A DNA stretch of 64,000 nucleotides from Dehalococcoidia bacterium. Lineage in GTDB: Bacteria > Chloroflexota > Dehalococcoidia > Lucifugimonadales > UBA2985. The stretch covers positions 12,901-76,900 of the forward strand of contig DAOUJC010000010.1 in assembly GCA_034423135.1 (NCBI GenBank), written 5' to 3'. Below are positions 1 through 7,727 of this stretch, one piece after another. Below the pieces are notes generated by a model. It did no database searches, had not been told where the DNA came from, and worked only from the letters and a program-made list of their open reading frames with translations. The position numbers and the translations under genes were made by a program. How positions within the stretch are numbered: the first letter of the stretch is position 1; the number at the start of each line of letters is the position of its first letter.

Positions 1-219
1 ACCCTGCAGCTGCTCAAGTACACGGAAGGCGAGGCGGCCGGGCAGGTCGCCATCCGGTTCTGCCACTATGGCCACAGTGGGGACTTCAATCGCTCGCCGT
101 TGCTCATGTCGCCGGACGAGCTGTCGGATATGGGCAGGGCACTCCGCGAGACGCCGGAGCTGCTGGAGCTGCTCACGCGGCTGCTGGACGCCCAGCCGTC
201 AGAGGCGCAGAGTCCTTGA
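1..219 (+). CDS. Hypothetical protein, 3' end (partial, enters from the left edge)
   Basis: Frame 1 is open from base 1 to TGA at 217-219. GC-rich codon usage matches the neighbouring genes. No family recognised. Confidence 0.35.
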   Translation, partial: TLQLLKYTEGEAAGQVAIRFCHYGHSGDFNRSPLLMSPDELSDMGRALRETPELLELLTRLLDAQPSEAQSP

Positions 220-299
220 CATTCCCGCTCGCTAGCGGTGTACAATTCGTACAGGAGTCATTACACACGCTAGAGGGATTCGGATTCAAGGAAGTAGAA

Positions 300-494
300 A
301 TGGCCGTGACGGAACCGCCCATAACTCGGAGCGAGCTCAAAAGCGAGCTTCAAGAGGAACTAAGACACTATGCAACCAAAGCCGACCTCGCCAACATGAA
401 GGCTGGGCTGGTAACTTGGTTGGTGAGCATTTTTGCTGCATTTGTGACTATAGCGGTCTCCCTTACTGCTGTGTTGCTGAACGTGTTGGGCTAG
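300..494 (+). CDS. Small coiled-coil protein with a C-terminal transmembrane anchor (DUF1640-like in appearance)
   Basis: ATG at 300 is preceded by AAGGAAG. The charged heptad-like stretch (SELKSELQEELRHYATKADLANMKAG) is followed by a hydrophobic helix. The track ORF starts at TTG 216, which I consider less likely. The region is AT-richer than its flanks. Confidence 0.45.
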   Translation: MAVTEPPITRSELKSELQEELRHYATKADLANMKAGLVTWLVSIFAAFVTIAVSLTAVLLNVLG

Positions 495-517
495 TGGGTT
501 GCTGAAGGAGGCGCAGC

Positions 518-628
518 ATGTCTGAAGCGGTAACTCAGATCATTATCGTAACGGCCACCTGGGCAATCACAGGAGTTGTGGTGGTTGGCGTTGCCCTGCG
601 CCTGTACAAGTTGATCGAGAGAGACTAA
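518..628 (+). CDS. 36-aa single-pass membrane peptide (below the ORF-track length cutoff)
   Basis: GAAGGAGG lies 7 nt upstream of ATG 518. Translation is MSEAVTQIIIVTATWAITGVVVVGVALRLYKLIERD, ending at TAA 626-628, with one clear TM helix. Confidence 0.4.
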   Translation: MSEAVTQIIIVTATWAITGVVVVGVALRLYKLIERD

Positions 629-647
629 GCGGCGCCCAGCCCGCCGG

Positions 648-1349
648 CTAGCCGCTGCCGCCGTTGCCGGACGAGTGATCGTGGCCGCGCAGCCAACCGT
701 ACACCAGTGCGCCGCTCGCTGCGCCAATCAGCGGCCCGGCCCAGTACACCCAGTGGCTCGACCAGACCCAGCCGCCAAGCGCAGGCCCGAATGATCTCGC
801 CGGATTCATTGACGCCCCGGAGATTGGCCCGCCGAACGTGGCCTCCAGCGCAACCGTCATTCCGATTGCCAGCGCGGCCGCCTGCCCCACGGCACGAACG
901 TCGGTGGCAACCGCCATGATCACGAACATGAGGATGAAGGTCAGCGCGACCTCCATTCCAAGCGACTGCACGTCGCTGCCCGCGGGCAGGGTCGCACCCA
1001 TGTCGCCCACGCGCCCGAATAGCAGCAGGTGCCCGCCACTGGCCGCGGCCGCTCCGGTAAGCTGAGCGCCCCAGTACACCGGCACCTCTCGCCAGGGGAA
1101 GTGGCGCGCCAGCGCAAAGCCGAGGGTGACGGCGGGATTGATGTGCGCGCCGGATATGTGGCCCGTGGAGTAGATCATCGCGGCCACGATCATGCCGAAG
1201 GTGAGGGAGATGCCCAAGTGTCCTATGGTGCCACCGGACACCTCATTGACCACGATTGCGCCTGCGCCGGCAAAAACCAGGCCCGCTGTGCCAAGCGCCT
1301 CCACGACCGCCCGCCGGATGACGGGGTCTCTGGTGCCCGCGTCCGGCAA
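648..1349 (-). CDS. MIP-family channel (aquaporin/aquaglyceroporin)
   Basis: Two NPA boxes (SGAHINPAVTLG and SGASMNPARSFGP) in a six-TM layout. The TTG start lies 3 nt after the phoU stop. Confidence 0.9.
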   Translation of the reverse strand: MPDAGTRDPVIRRAVVEALGTAGLVFAGAGAIVVNEVSGGTIGHLGISLTFGMIVAAMIYSTGHISGAHINPAVTLGFALARHFPWREVPVYWGAQLTGAAAASGGHLLLFGRVGDMGATLPAGSDVQSLGMEVALTFILMFVIMAVATDVRAVGQAAALAIGMTVALEATFGGPISGASMNPARSFGPALGGWVWSSHWVYWAGPLIGAASGALVYGWLRGHDHSSGNGGSG

Positions 1350-1352
1350 CGG

Positions 1353-2018
1353 CTAGTACCTGGAGACGTTGATCTCGGTCATCTTGCCGGTCACAAGGAA
1401 AATGACGCGCTCAGCAATGTTGGTGGCGCGGTCCGCAATCCGCTCCAGGTCGTGGGCCACCCACAGCAGGTACGTGGCCCGCTGTATGGTATTGGTATCC
1501 TGCACCATGAAGAAGATCAGCTCCCGGTACACCTGGTCGTAGAGCGCATCAACCTCGTCGTCGTCGTTGCAGACCGCGAGTGCCGCCACAGTGTCCCTGT
1601 GCACAAGCGCGTCCAGGCTTCGCCGCAGCATCTCCGTCGCCATCTCAGACATCCTGGGCAGGTCGATGAGCGGCTTCAGGGGAGGCTCACCCTCCATCAT
1701 CAGGCATATCTTGGCGATGCCCTCCGCGTAGTCTCCCATGCGCTCCAGCTCCACCGCGATGTGCAGCATGGCGATGATGTTGCGGAGGTCGCCGGCCATG
1801 GGCTGCTGCGTTGCGATCAGCTCGATGCACTGCTCCTCGAGGTTGTATCGTTTGCTGTCGATGTAATCGTCCTCGCGAATGACCTGACGCGCGGCCTCGG
1901 CGTCTCTGCGTTTCAGCGCATCCAGGGCCTTGGCAATGGCCTTCTCGACCATACTGCCAAGGATCAGTAGGTCACTCTGGAGCATCCTCAGATGCCTGTC
2001 GAAGTCCGCTCTAACCAT
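1353..2018 (-). CDS. phoU: Phosphate signalling complex protein PhoU
   Basis: The product from MVRADFDRHLRML onward is a typical two-repeat PhoU (D..YR...F, ERIADRATNIAE). GGAGGTGG precedes ATG 2018. The 446-aa track ORF is an upstream over-extension. Confidence 0.9.
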   Translation of the reverse strand: MVRADFDRHLRMLQSDLLILGSMVEKAIAKALDALKRRDAEAARQVIREDDYIDSKRYNLEEQCIELIATQQPMAGDLRNIIAMLHIAVELERMGDYAEGIAKICLMMEGEPPLKPLIDLPRMSEMATEMLRRSLDALVHRDTVAALAVCNDDDEVDALYDQVYRELIFFMVQDTNTIQRATYLLWVAHDLERIADRATNIAERVIFLVTGKMTEINVSRY

Positions 2019-2047
2019 TAGTCCACCTCCCTGCGTGCGCCTGTCCA

Positions 2048-2890
2048 TCAGCTGAAGCGGCCGGTGATGTAGGCCTCCGTGTGCTCGCTCTTGGGATTGG
2101 TGAAGACCTCGCTCGTCGGGCCGTATTCCACCAGGTAGCCCGCCTTGTCCTGGTCCATCATCAGGAACGCCGTGTGGTGCGAGACCCGGGCGGCCTGCTG
2201 CATGTTGTGCGTCACGATTATGATGGTGACCTCCTGGGACAGTTCGCGTATCAGCTCCTCCACGGCAAGCGTGGCCATTGGGTCCAGGGCGGAGCACGGC
2301 TCGTCCATGAGGATCACCTCCGGCTCCACCGCAAGCGCACGCGCGATACACAGCCGCTGCTGCTGACCGCCAGAGAGCTGCAGGGCGCTCTGCTTCAGCC
2401 GGTCCTTCACCTCGTCCCAGAGCGCGGCGCGTCGTAGCGACCGCTCTACTCGCTCCCCCAGGTTGCCGCCTATCCCGTTCACCTTCAGCCCAAACGCCAC
2501 GTTCTCGAAGATCGACTTGGGAAACGGATTGGGCTTCTGGAACACCATCCCGATGCGGCTGCGGAGCTCCACGGGGTCCACGCCTGCGCCGTAGATGTTC
2601 TCGCCCTGGTAGAGCACCTCGCCGTCCACGTGGCCGCCCGGCGACATCTCGTGCATGCGGTTGAGGCAGCGAACCAGCGTGCTCTTGCCGCACCCGGACG
2701 GACCGATGACGGCGCTGACCCGCCTGCGATATAGGGACAACGTGACATCCTTGAGAGCGCGGACTTCGCCGTAGAACGCATCGAGGTTGCGCACGTCAAT
2801 GACCGACTCGGGGGCCGCGTCCCTATGTGACTCCACCGTATCCTCCGCCGTCTCAATCTGGGGCAGATTCAGAAAGTTCTCGGTCACCAT
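2048..2890 (-). CDS. pstB: Phosphate ABC transporter ATP-binding protein PstB
   Basis: Walker [10 protein letters not shown], signature LSGGQQQRL, Walker B ILMDEP. The PstB-type N-terminus and the operon context agree. Confidence 0.95.
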   Translation of the reverse strand: MVTENFLNLPQIETAEDTVESHRDAAPESVIDVRNLDAFYGEVRALKDVTLSLYRRRVSAVIGPSGCGKSTLVRCLNRMHEMSPGGHVDGEVLYQGENIYGAGVDPVELRSRIGMVFQKPNPFPKSIFENVAFGLKVNGIGGNLGERVERSLRRAALWDEVKDRLKQSALQLSGGQQQRLCIARALAVEPEVILMDEPCSALDPMATLAVEELIRELSQEVTIIIVTHNMQQAARVSHHTAFLMMDQDKAGYLVEYGPTSEVFTNPKSEHTEAYITGRFS

Positions 2891-3780
2891 CTGCTTCTCC
2901 TAGCGTATATGTTCCGCAGGGTTATGGCAACTGCGTTCATCATCAGGAGCACCACCAGAAGCACCACGATCCCGGCCGCTGCGTTCTCCTGGAATGCCGG
3001 CAGAGGCCTGCCGATCCAGCTGTATATCTGAACGGGCAGCACAGTGAAGGAGTCGGTGGGTGAACTGGGGACGAAGAGCACGGTTGTATACGCTCCCACC
3101 ACGATTAGAGGAGCCGTCTCGCCTATGGCCCTGGCCAGCGCGAGTATGAATCCGGTCAGTATGGTTGGTACGGCCGCCGGCAGCACCTGGTGCCAGACGG
3201 CCTGCCAGCGCGTGGCACCCAGTGCCATCGCCGCTTCCCGCATTGAGGGAGGCACCGACCGTAGCCCTTCACGGGACGCTACGATGATTATCGGGAGTAT
3301 CAGCAGCGCCAGGGTCAGGGCGCCCGCCAGGATGCTGCGACCCAGGCCCATCCCGTACACGAAAACCGCAAGTCCCAGCAGCCCGTACACAACGGACGGT
3401 ACCCCCGCCAGGTTGTTGATGTTTATCTCGATGGTCCGAGTTATCCAGTTTCGCGTGGCAAACTCCTCCAGGTAAATAGCGGCTCCCACGCCCGTTATGA
3501 TGGCGAAGAGCGCCGTGAACATCATCACCCAGAGAGTTCCGGCCAGCGCGGACTTTGCCCCGGCCTCCTCCGGCTTGTAGGAGGGGAAGCTGTTGATGAA
3601 GTCCAGGCCAAGCACCCCGATGCCGTCCCGCACCACGGTTACCAGCAGTACCGCAAGTACCACCACGCCAAGGAATGAGGCCGACATGGCCAAAGCCACG
3701 AAGGCTATCCCCCTGCCCTTCCGCACGGTCCGGCTCCTGCGTGCGGGTCTTCCCCGGTCGAACGTTATGTTGGGGATCAT
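2884..3780 (-). CDS. pstA: Phosphate ABC transporter permease PstA
   Basis: The start MIPNITFD at 3780 overlaps the pstC stop as ATGA. EAA-loop-like [14 protein letters not shown]. The 576-aa track ORF is an over-extension. Confidence 0.9.
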   Translation of the reverse strand: MIPNITFDRGRPARRSRTVRKGRGIAFVALAMSASFLGVVVLAVLLVTVVRDGIGVLGLDFINSFPSYKPEEAGAKSALAGTLWVMMFTALFAIITGVGAAIYLEEFATRNWITRTIEININNLAGVPSVVYGLLGLAVFVYGMGLGRSILAGALTLALLILPIIIVASREGLRSVPPSMREAAMALGATRWQAVWHQVLPAAVPTILTGFILALARAIGETAPLIVVGAYTTVLFVPSSPTDSFTVLPVQIYSWIGRPLPAFQENAAAGIVVLLVVLLMMNAVAITLRNIYARRSRW

Positions 3781-4700
3781 TCGTATATCTCCCTGAACTT
3801 CGCCAGTACCACCTGGGCCAGGAGGTTCAGCGAGAGGGTGAAGAGGAACAGCATCAGGCCCACCGCAAAAATGCTCTCGTACTCCACCGTGCCCCTTGGC
3901 GTATCGCCGGTTGCAACCTCCATGATGTACGCCGTCATGGTCTGCATGGCCTCCAGCGGGTTCCACGACAGGTTGGAGACTCCGCCCGCCGCGATGGTCA
4001 CAATCATGGTCTCGCCGACTGCCCTGGCGAGTGCCAGCAGCGCGGCTGCCACAATCCCGGACAGCGCCGCAGGCACCACCACCTTCACTGCCACCTGGAA
4101 CTTGTCGGATCCAACGGCATACGCGCCCTCGCGCAGTGACGCGGGTACGGCGCGCATCGCGTCCTCGCTCAGCGAGGCCACCATGGGTATCAGCATTACC
4201 CCCATGGCCATGGCCGCGCCCAGCGCAGTGAAGATTGTCTCCGTATCGAACAGCGGCCTGATTATATGCGGGTTGATGAAGGATATGGCGAAGAACCCGA
4301 ACACCACCGTGGGTATGCCCGCCAGGACCTCCAGCACCGGCTTCACCGTGGACCGTATGCTCTCCGGGGCATACTCGCTCAGGTAGATTGCCGTGAGCAG
4401 CCCCACCGGGAACGCTATGCCGAGCGCCATGAAGGAGATCAGCGCCGTTGCCGAGAGGAGCGGCAGCACGCCGAAGTTCTTTATCGAGAATAGGGGCGTC
4501 CACTCCGTACCGGTGAGAAACTCCACGACCGACACCTCTCGGAAGAACAGGAGCGCTTCCTCCAGCAGCACCAGGACGATGCCCACGGTCGTCACCACTG
4601 AAATCAGGGCGCACGTGAACAGAAACGCGAGGATGGGCGCCTCCCGCATCCTCTGCCGGAGGCGCCTCTTCCTCGAAGACTCGGCGATGATATTCGCCAA
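3777..4700 (-). CDS. pstC: Phosphate ABC transporter permease PstC
   Basis: Multi-TM permease with LREGAYAVGSDKFQ and a PstC-type architecture, placed between pstS and pstA. Confidence 0.9.
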   Translation of the reverse strand: MANIIAESSRKRRLRQRMREAPILAFLFTCALISVVTTVGIVLVLLEEALLFFREVSVVEFLTGTEWTPLFSIKNFGVLPLLSATALISFMALGIAFPVGLLTAIYLSEYAPESIRSTVKPVLEVLAGIPTVVFGFFAISFINPHIIRPLFDTETIFTALGAAMAMGVMLIPMVASLSEDAMRAVPASLREGAYAVGSDKFQVAVKVVVPAALSGIVAAALLALARAVGETMIVTIAAGGVSNLSWNPLEAMQTMTAYIMEVATGDTPRGTVEYESIFAVGLMLFLFTLSLNLLAQVVLAKFREIYE

Positions 4701-4701
4701 C

Positions 4702-6819
4702 CTACTGTGTCCTCTCCAATACCTCGTTGATGGGGGTACCGGCCGCTACGTCCTTGAAGACGGAGCCGGTGATGCGGTTTACCAGCCTGTCCATGCCCCA
4801 CTCGTAGACCTCCTGCGGCAGCGGCACGTAGCCTACCGCGGAGACCAGATTGGGGGCCTGGAGGATAAAGAACCTTACGAAGGCCTCTACCTCCGGCCTC
4901 TCGTCCAGCGTGTCAGCTCGCACGTAGATGAAGATCGGCCTCGCGAGCGGCAGGTAGTTGCCCGCCTCCACGGTTGCGGCCGACGGCTCCACGCACTCAC
5001 CCGTCGCCGGGTTCTCTATTAGCACGCCATTCACCAGCTCCTGGTACTGCGCGTAGTACGCCAGCCCGAAGTAGCCGATGCCTCCCTCAGACCCGTTCAC
5101 TCCCTGCGCAATCAGAGGGTCTTCCTCGGTCGCCAGGTCCATGTCACCACGATGTGCTCCGCCTTCGTCCATGATCGCTTCGGTGAAGTAGTCGAACGTG
5201 CCAGAAGCTGTGGTGGGGCCGTACAACCTCAGATTCACGTCCGGGAACGACGAGTCAACCTGGTTCCAGTTGGTGATTGTTCCCTGTGCCTCAGGCCCGA
5301 ATATCGTGGCCAGCTGTTCGACTGTCAGACACTCGGCCCAGTCGTTGCCGGGATTGACGACTACGGAGAGAGCGTCGAACGCTACCGGTATCTCTATCAC
5401 CTCGATGCCGTTCTCAGCGCACGTGTCAAGCTCGGACTGCTTGGATGGCCTTGAGGCGTCCCACACATCGATCTCGCCGGCGCACATCGCCCGGCCGCCG
5501 GCGCCCGTGCCAGTGGAGGCCACGTTGACCCGCACGCCGGGGATGAAGGCGCTGAACTCCACGGCCATTGCTTCGCTTATGGGGAATACCGTGCTGGAGC
5601 CGGATACCGACACCTCGCCGCTGAGATCCGTTGGGATCATCGCATCCGTACCGGAGCTTGCGGCAGAGCCCTCAGTCCTCTGCAGGACCTCACCGATGGG
5701 CGTACCGGCCGCCACGTCCTTGAACACGGAGCCGGTGATGCGATTGTCAAGCCTGTTGAGCCCCCAGGCGTACACTTCCGCCGGCAGAGGCACGTAGCCC
5801 ACCGCAGTCACCAGCGAAGGCGCCTGATCGATGTAGAACCGCACGAACTCCTCTACCTCCGGCCTCTCGTCCAGCGTATCGGCTCGCACGTAGATGAAGA
5901 TGGGTCTCGCGAGCGGCAGATACGTGCCGGACTCGACCGTCGCAGCCGCGGGCTCCACGCACTGACCGGTCGCGGGGTTCTCTATCAGCACTCCCTTCAC
6001 CAGCTCTCGGTACTGGGCGTAGTACGCAAGTCCGAAGTAGCCGATGCCGCCTTCCGATCCATTCACACCCTGCGCTATCAGGGGGTCTTCCTCGGTCGCC
6101 AGGTCCATGTCTCCCCTGTGCGCGCCGCCCTCGTCCATGATCGCCTCGGTGAAGTAGTCGAACGTACCCGACGCTGTTGTTGGACCGTACAGCCTCAGAT
6201 TCAAGTCCGGGAACGACGAGTCCACCTGGTTCCAGTTGGTGACTGTTCCCTGCGCCTCAGGACCGAATATCGTGGCCAGCTGTTCGACTGTCAGACACTC
6301 GGCCCAGTCGTTGCCGGGGTTCACCACCACCGACAGTGCATCGAACGCCACCGGTATCTCAATCACCTCAATGCCGTTCTCAGCGCACGTGTCAAGCTCG
6401 GACTGCTTGGACGGCCTGGACGCATTCCAGACGTCAGACTCGCCCGCACACATCGCGCGACCGCCGGCGCCCGTGCCGGTGGACGCCACGTTTACCCGCA
6501 CGCCCGACTGCACACCACTGAACTCCACCGCCATCGCCTCACTGATGGGGAACACCGTGCTGGAGCCGGATACCGACACCTCTCCACTCAGATCCGGCAT
6601 CATCATGGACTCTTCAGTGGGAGTCGGCGCAACGGTAGCTTCCATTGCTTCGGTCCCCGTGGCCGCGGGTGGCGGGGTATTGGTTGGCCTCGGTGTGGCC
6701 GTTGGGTCATCGCCGCACGCGGCCATCACGCCCACGACCAGAAGAGCCAACAAAATGGCTCCCGAAAGAGCTCGGAAGCCTGTGTGCCTAATCTTGGTTG
6801 TCCCGGTTGCCAATCTCAT
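4702..6819 (-). CDS. pstS: Phosphate-binding lipoprotein PstS with two tandem PBP domains in one ORF
   Basis: Signal peptide plus lipobox (VVGVMAAC) and a Pro/Thr linker. Two copies of about 315 aa of a PstS-type domain follow (SGSSTVFPI...ASTGTGAGG...). The DNA repeats with a 966-bp offset. Confidence 0.85.
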   Translation of the reverse strand: MRLATGTTKIRHTGFRALSGAILLALLVVGVMAACGDDPTATPRPTNTPPPAATGTEAMEATVAPTPTEESMMMPDLSGEVSVSGSSTVFPISEAMAVEFSGVQSGVRVNVASTGTGAGGRAMCAGESDVWNASRPSKQSELDTCAENGIEVIEIPVAFDALSVVVNPGNDWAECLTVEQLATIFGPEAQGTVTNWNQVDSSFPDLNLRLYGPTTASGTFDYFTEAIMDEGGAHRGDMDLATEEDPLIAQGVNGSEGGIGYFGLAYYAQYRELVKGVLIENPATGQCVEPAAATVESGTYLPLARPIFIYVRADTLDERPEVEEFVRFYIDQAPSLVTAVGYVPLPAEVYAWGLNRLDNRITGSVFKDVAAGTPIGEVLQRTEGSAASSGTDAMIPTDLSGEVSVSGSSTVFPISEAMAVEFSAFIPGVRVNVASTGTGAGGRAMCAGEIDVWDASRPSKQSELDTCAENGIEVIEIPVAFDALSVVVNPGNDWAECLTVEQLATIFGPEAQGTITNWNQVDSSFPDVNLRLYGPTTASGTFDYFTEAIMDEGGAHRGDMDLATEEDPLIAQGVNGSEGGIGYFGLAYYAQYQELVNGVLIENPATGECVEPSAATVEAGNYLPLARPIFIYVRADTLDERPEVEAFVRFFILQAPNLVSAVGYVPLPQEVYEWGMDRLVNRITGSVFKDVAAGTPINEVLERTQ

Positions 6820-6843
6820 CTCTCGTTTCTCGAACCTCCATCC

Positions 6844-6898
6844 AGTTTATGAACGCTCCGTTAACGGGCCATTAACCTGTCTTTAAGCAACCGTTAAG
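6844..6898 (-). promoter_or_regulatory. Pho-box-like array plus -10 element upstream of pstS
   Basis: On the plus strand, TTAAC, TTAAC, TTAAG and TTAAG start at 6861, 6872, 6883 and 6894, exactly 11 bp apart. A weaker TGAAC sits at 6850. On the gene strand, 11 nt after the proximal unit comes TAAACT (6844-6849), then GGAGG and ATG 6819. Confidence 0.6.
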
Positions 6899-6904
6899 CG
6901 AGCG

Positions 6905-7207
6905 CTAGAGCGGATCCAGGTACTTGGGGTAGTAGTGCCACTCCCTCACACCATCGCCGCATTGGGGGCATCTCCAGAAGCGGACCGCTTCGACACGGGC
7001 CGGGTCGTCCTCCCTGCAGATCAGGTCCCCGCACAGCTCCATGTTGGTCCTGCAGGGACGGCAGAACTTTGGCCTTGGAAACCCCGGCGCAAGCAGCCCC
7101 AGCACCTGAAGGGCCGCCCTCCACAGGCGTTCCCCAAGCGACTCGCGTCTGACGTGGGGAAACATCTGCTCCTCCGGCGCTGCGGTGGGGATGTTGGACA
7201 TAGGCAT
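6905..7207 (-). CDS. Small Cys-rich (zinc-ribbon-like) hypothetical protein
   Basis: AAGGAAGGAG precedes ATG 7207; a second ATG at 7201 has better spacing. Cys pairs are CRPC...CGDLIC...CPQC. No family recognised. The 119-aa track ORF start is upstream of the predicted TSS. Confidence 0.5.
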   Translation of the reverse strand: MPMSNIPTAAPEEQMFPHVRRESLGERLWRAALQVLGLLAPGFPRPKFCRPCRTNMELCGDLICREDDPARVEAVRFWRCPQCGDGVREWHYYPKYLDPL

Positions 7208-7254
7208 CGGCTCCTTCCTTATACTCAAGTTGTTTGTTCCGTTATTCACAATCG

Positions 7255-7309
7255 ACGGTAGCACTGGCGGGTTAACGGGCGTTTATGCATCGCTTAAGGT
7301 TGCTTTAAG
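7255..7309 (-). promoter_or_regulatory. Pho-box-like array plus -10 element upstream of the Cys-rich ORF
   Basis: TTAAC, TTATG, TTAAG and TTAAG start at 7272, 7283, 7294 and 7305 (11-bp phase). On the gene strand, 11 nt later comes TACCGT (7255-7260). Confidence 0.5.
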
Positions 7310-7489
7310 GCTCTGGGCGGCCCGTTCGACCGGCATTGGTTCGACCATCACCCGGCTTTCGATTGGTGGCAGGGGAGGAGCGGATTTGCAATGGAGGGGA
7401 AACGCCCCTCCCTGCCACGTGGAACAAGGGTCAGGGTACTCTCCCTCGAACGGTTCCCCCTACGCCTTGCTGTTGGAGTCATCAACCAC

Positions 7490-7555
7490 AGCATAGCCCA
7501 CCGAAGTTAACAGCGCTTTAGAGCAGCGTTAAGCGACGGTTAGGGGTTGTTGAAG
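7490..7555 (-). promoter_or_regulatory. Third Pho-box-like array with a -10 element and no ORF behind it
   Basis: TTAAC, TTAGA, TTAAG and TTAGG start at 7507, 7518, 7529 and 7540, with TGAAG at 7551. On the minus strand, 11 nt after the proximal unit comes TATGCT (7490-7495). Confidence 0.45.
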
Positions 7556-7727
7556 GCGCCGAATGAGTCGCTCAAAGAGCGCCGCGTAGGCGTGTAGCCA
7601 CGCGTGCATCTTGAGAGAGTCGACCTCGCCCCGGCTTCCCGGTCCGGTGCGAGGGCGCAGGCCGCACGCCGTCTAGTGCGGGCCAGTCGAGTAGAAACAG
7701 GAATCTCGGGGTCTGACTATTGTGCCC

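Noticed and set aside
1029-1970. Many long ORFs lie antisense to, or out of frame with, confidently identified genes. Examples: 1029..1970, 8370..9506, 9539..10678, 14963..16555, 18386..19291, 22782..23597, 24850..25797, 28333..29595, 35687..36547, 46744..47799, 50635..51801, 53677..54561, 55844..56986 and 57587..58219.
   Set aside because: They are typical stop-codon-poor shadow frames of GC-rich DNA. Their products are Arg/Gly/Pro/Ala/His-rich low-complexity strings with no motifs and no SD. Each is fully overlapped by a gene with unmistakable homology.
1353-4614. Very long N-terminal extensions of track ORFs: PhoU as 446 aa, PstA as 576 aa, GroES as 222 aa (33237..33905), GyrB as 680 aa and ArgC as 364 aa.
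   Set aside because: The extensions overlap the upstream gene in another frame and are low-complexity. The internal starts have good SD sequences and give family-typical N-termini and lengths.
7185-7521. Plus-strand ORFs 7185..7496 (103 aa) and 7336..7521 (61 aa) in the phoR-pstS spacer.
   Set aside because: They have no SD and low-complexity products. They run antisense through two Pho-box promoters and through the start of the Cys-rich ORF. The region is better explained as regulatory or non-coding.
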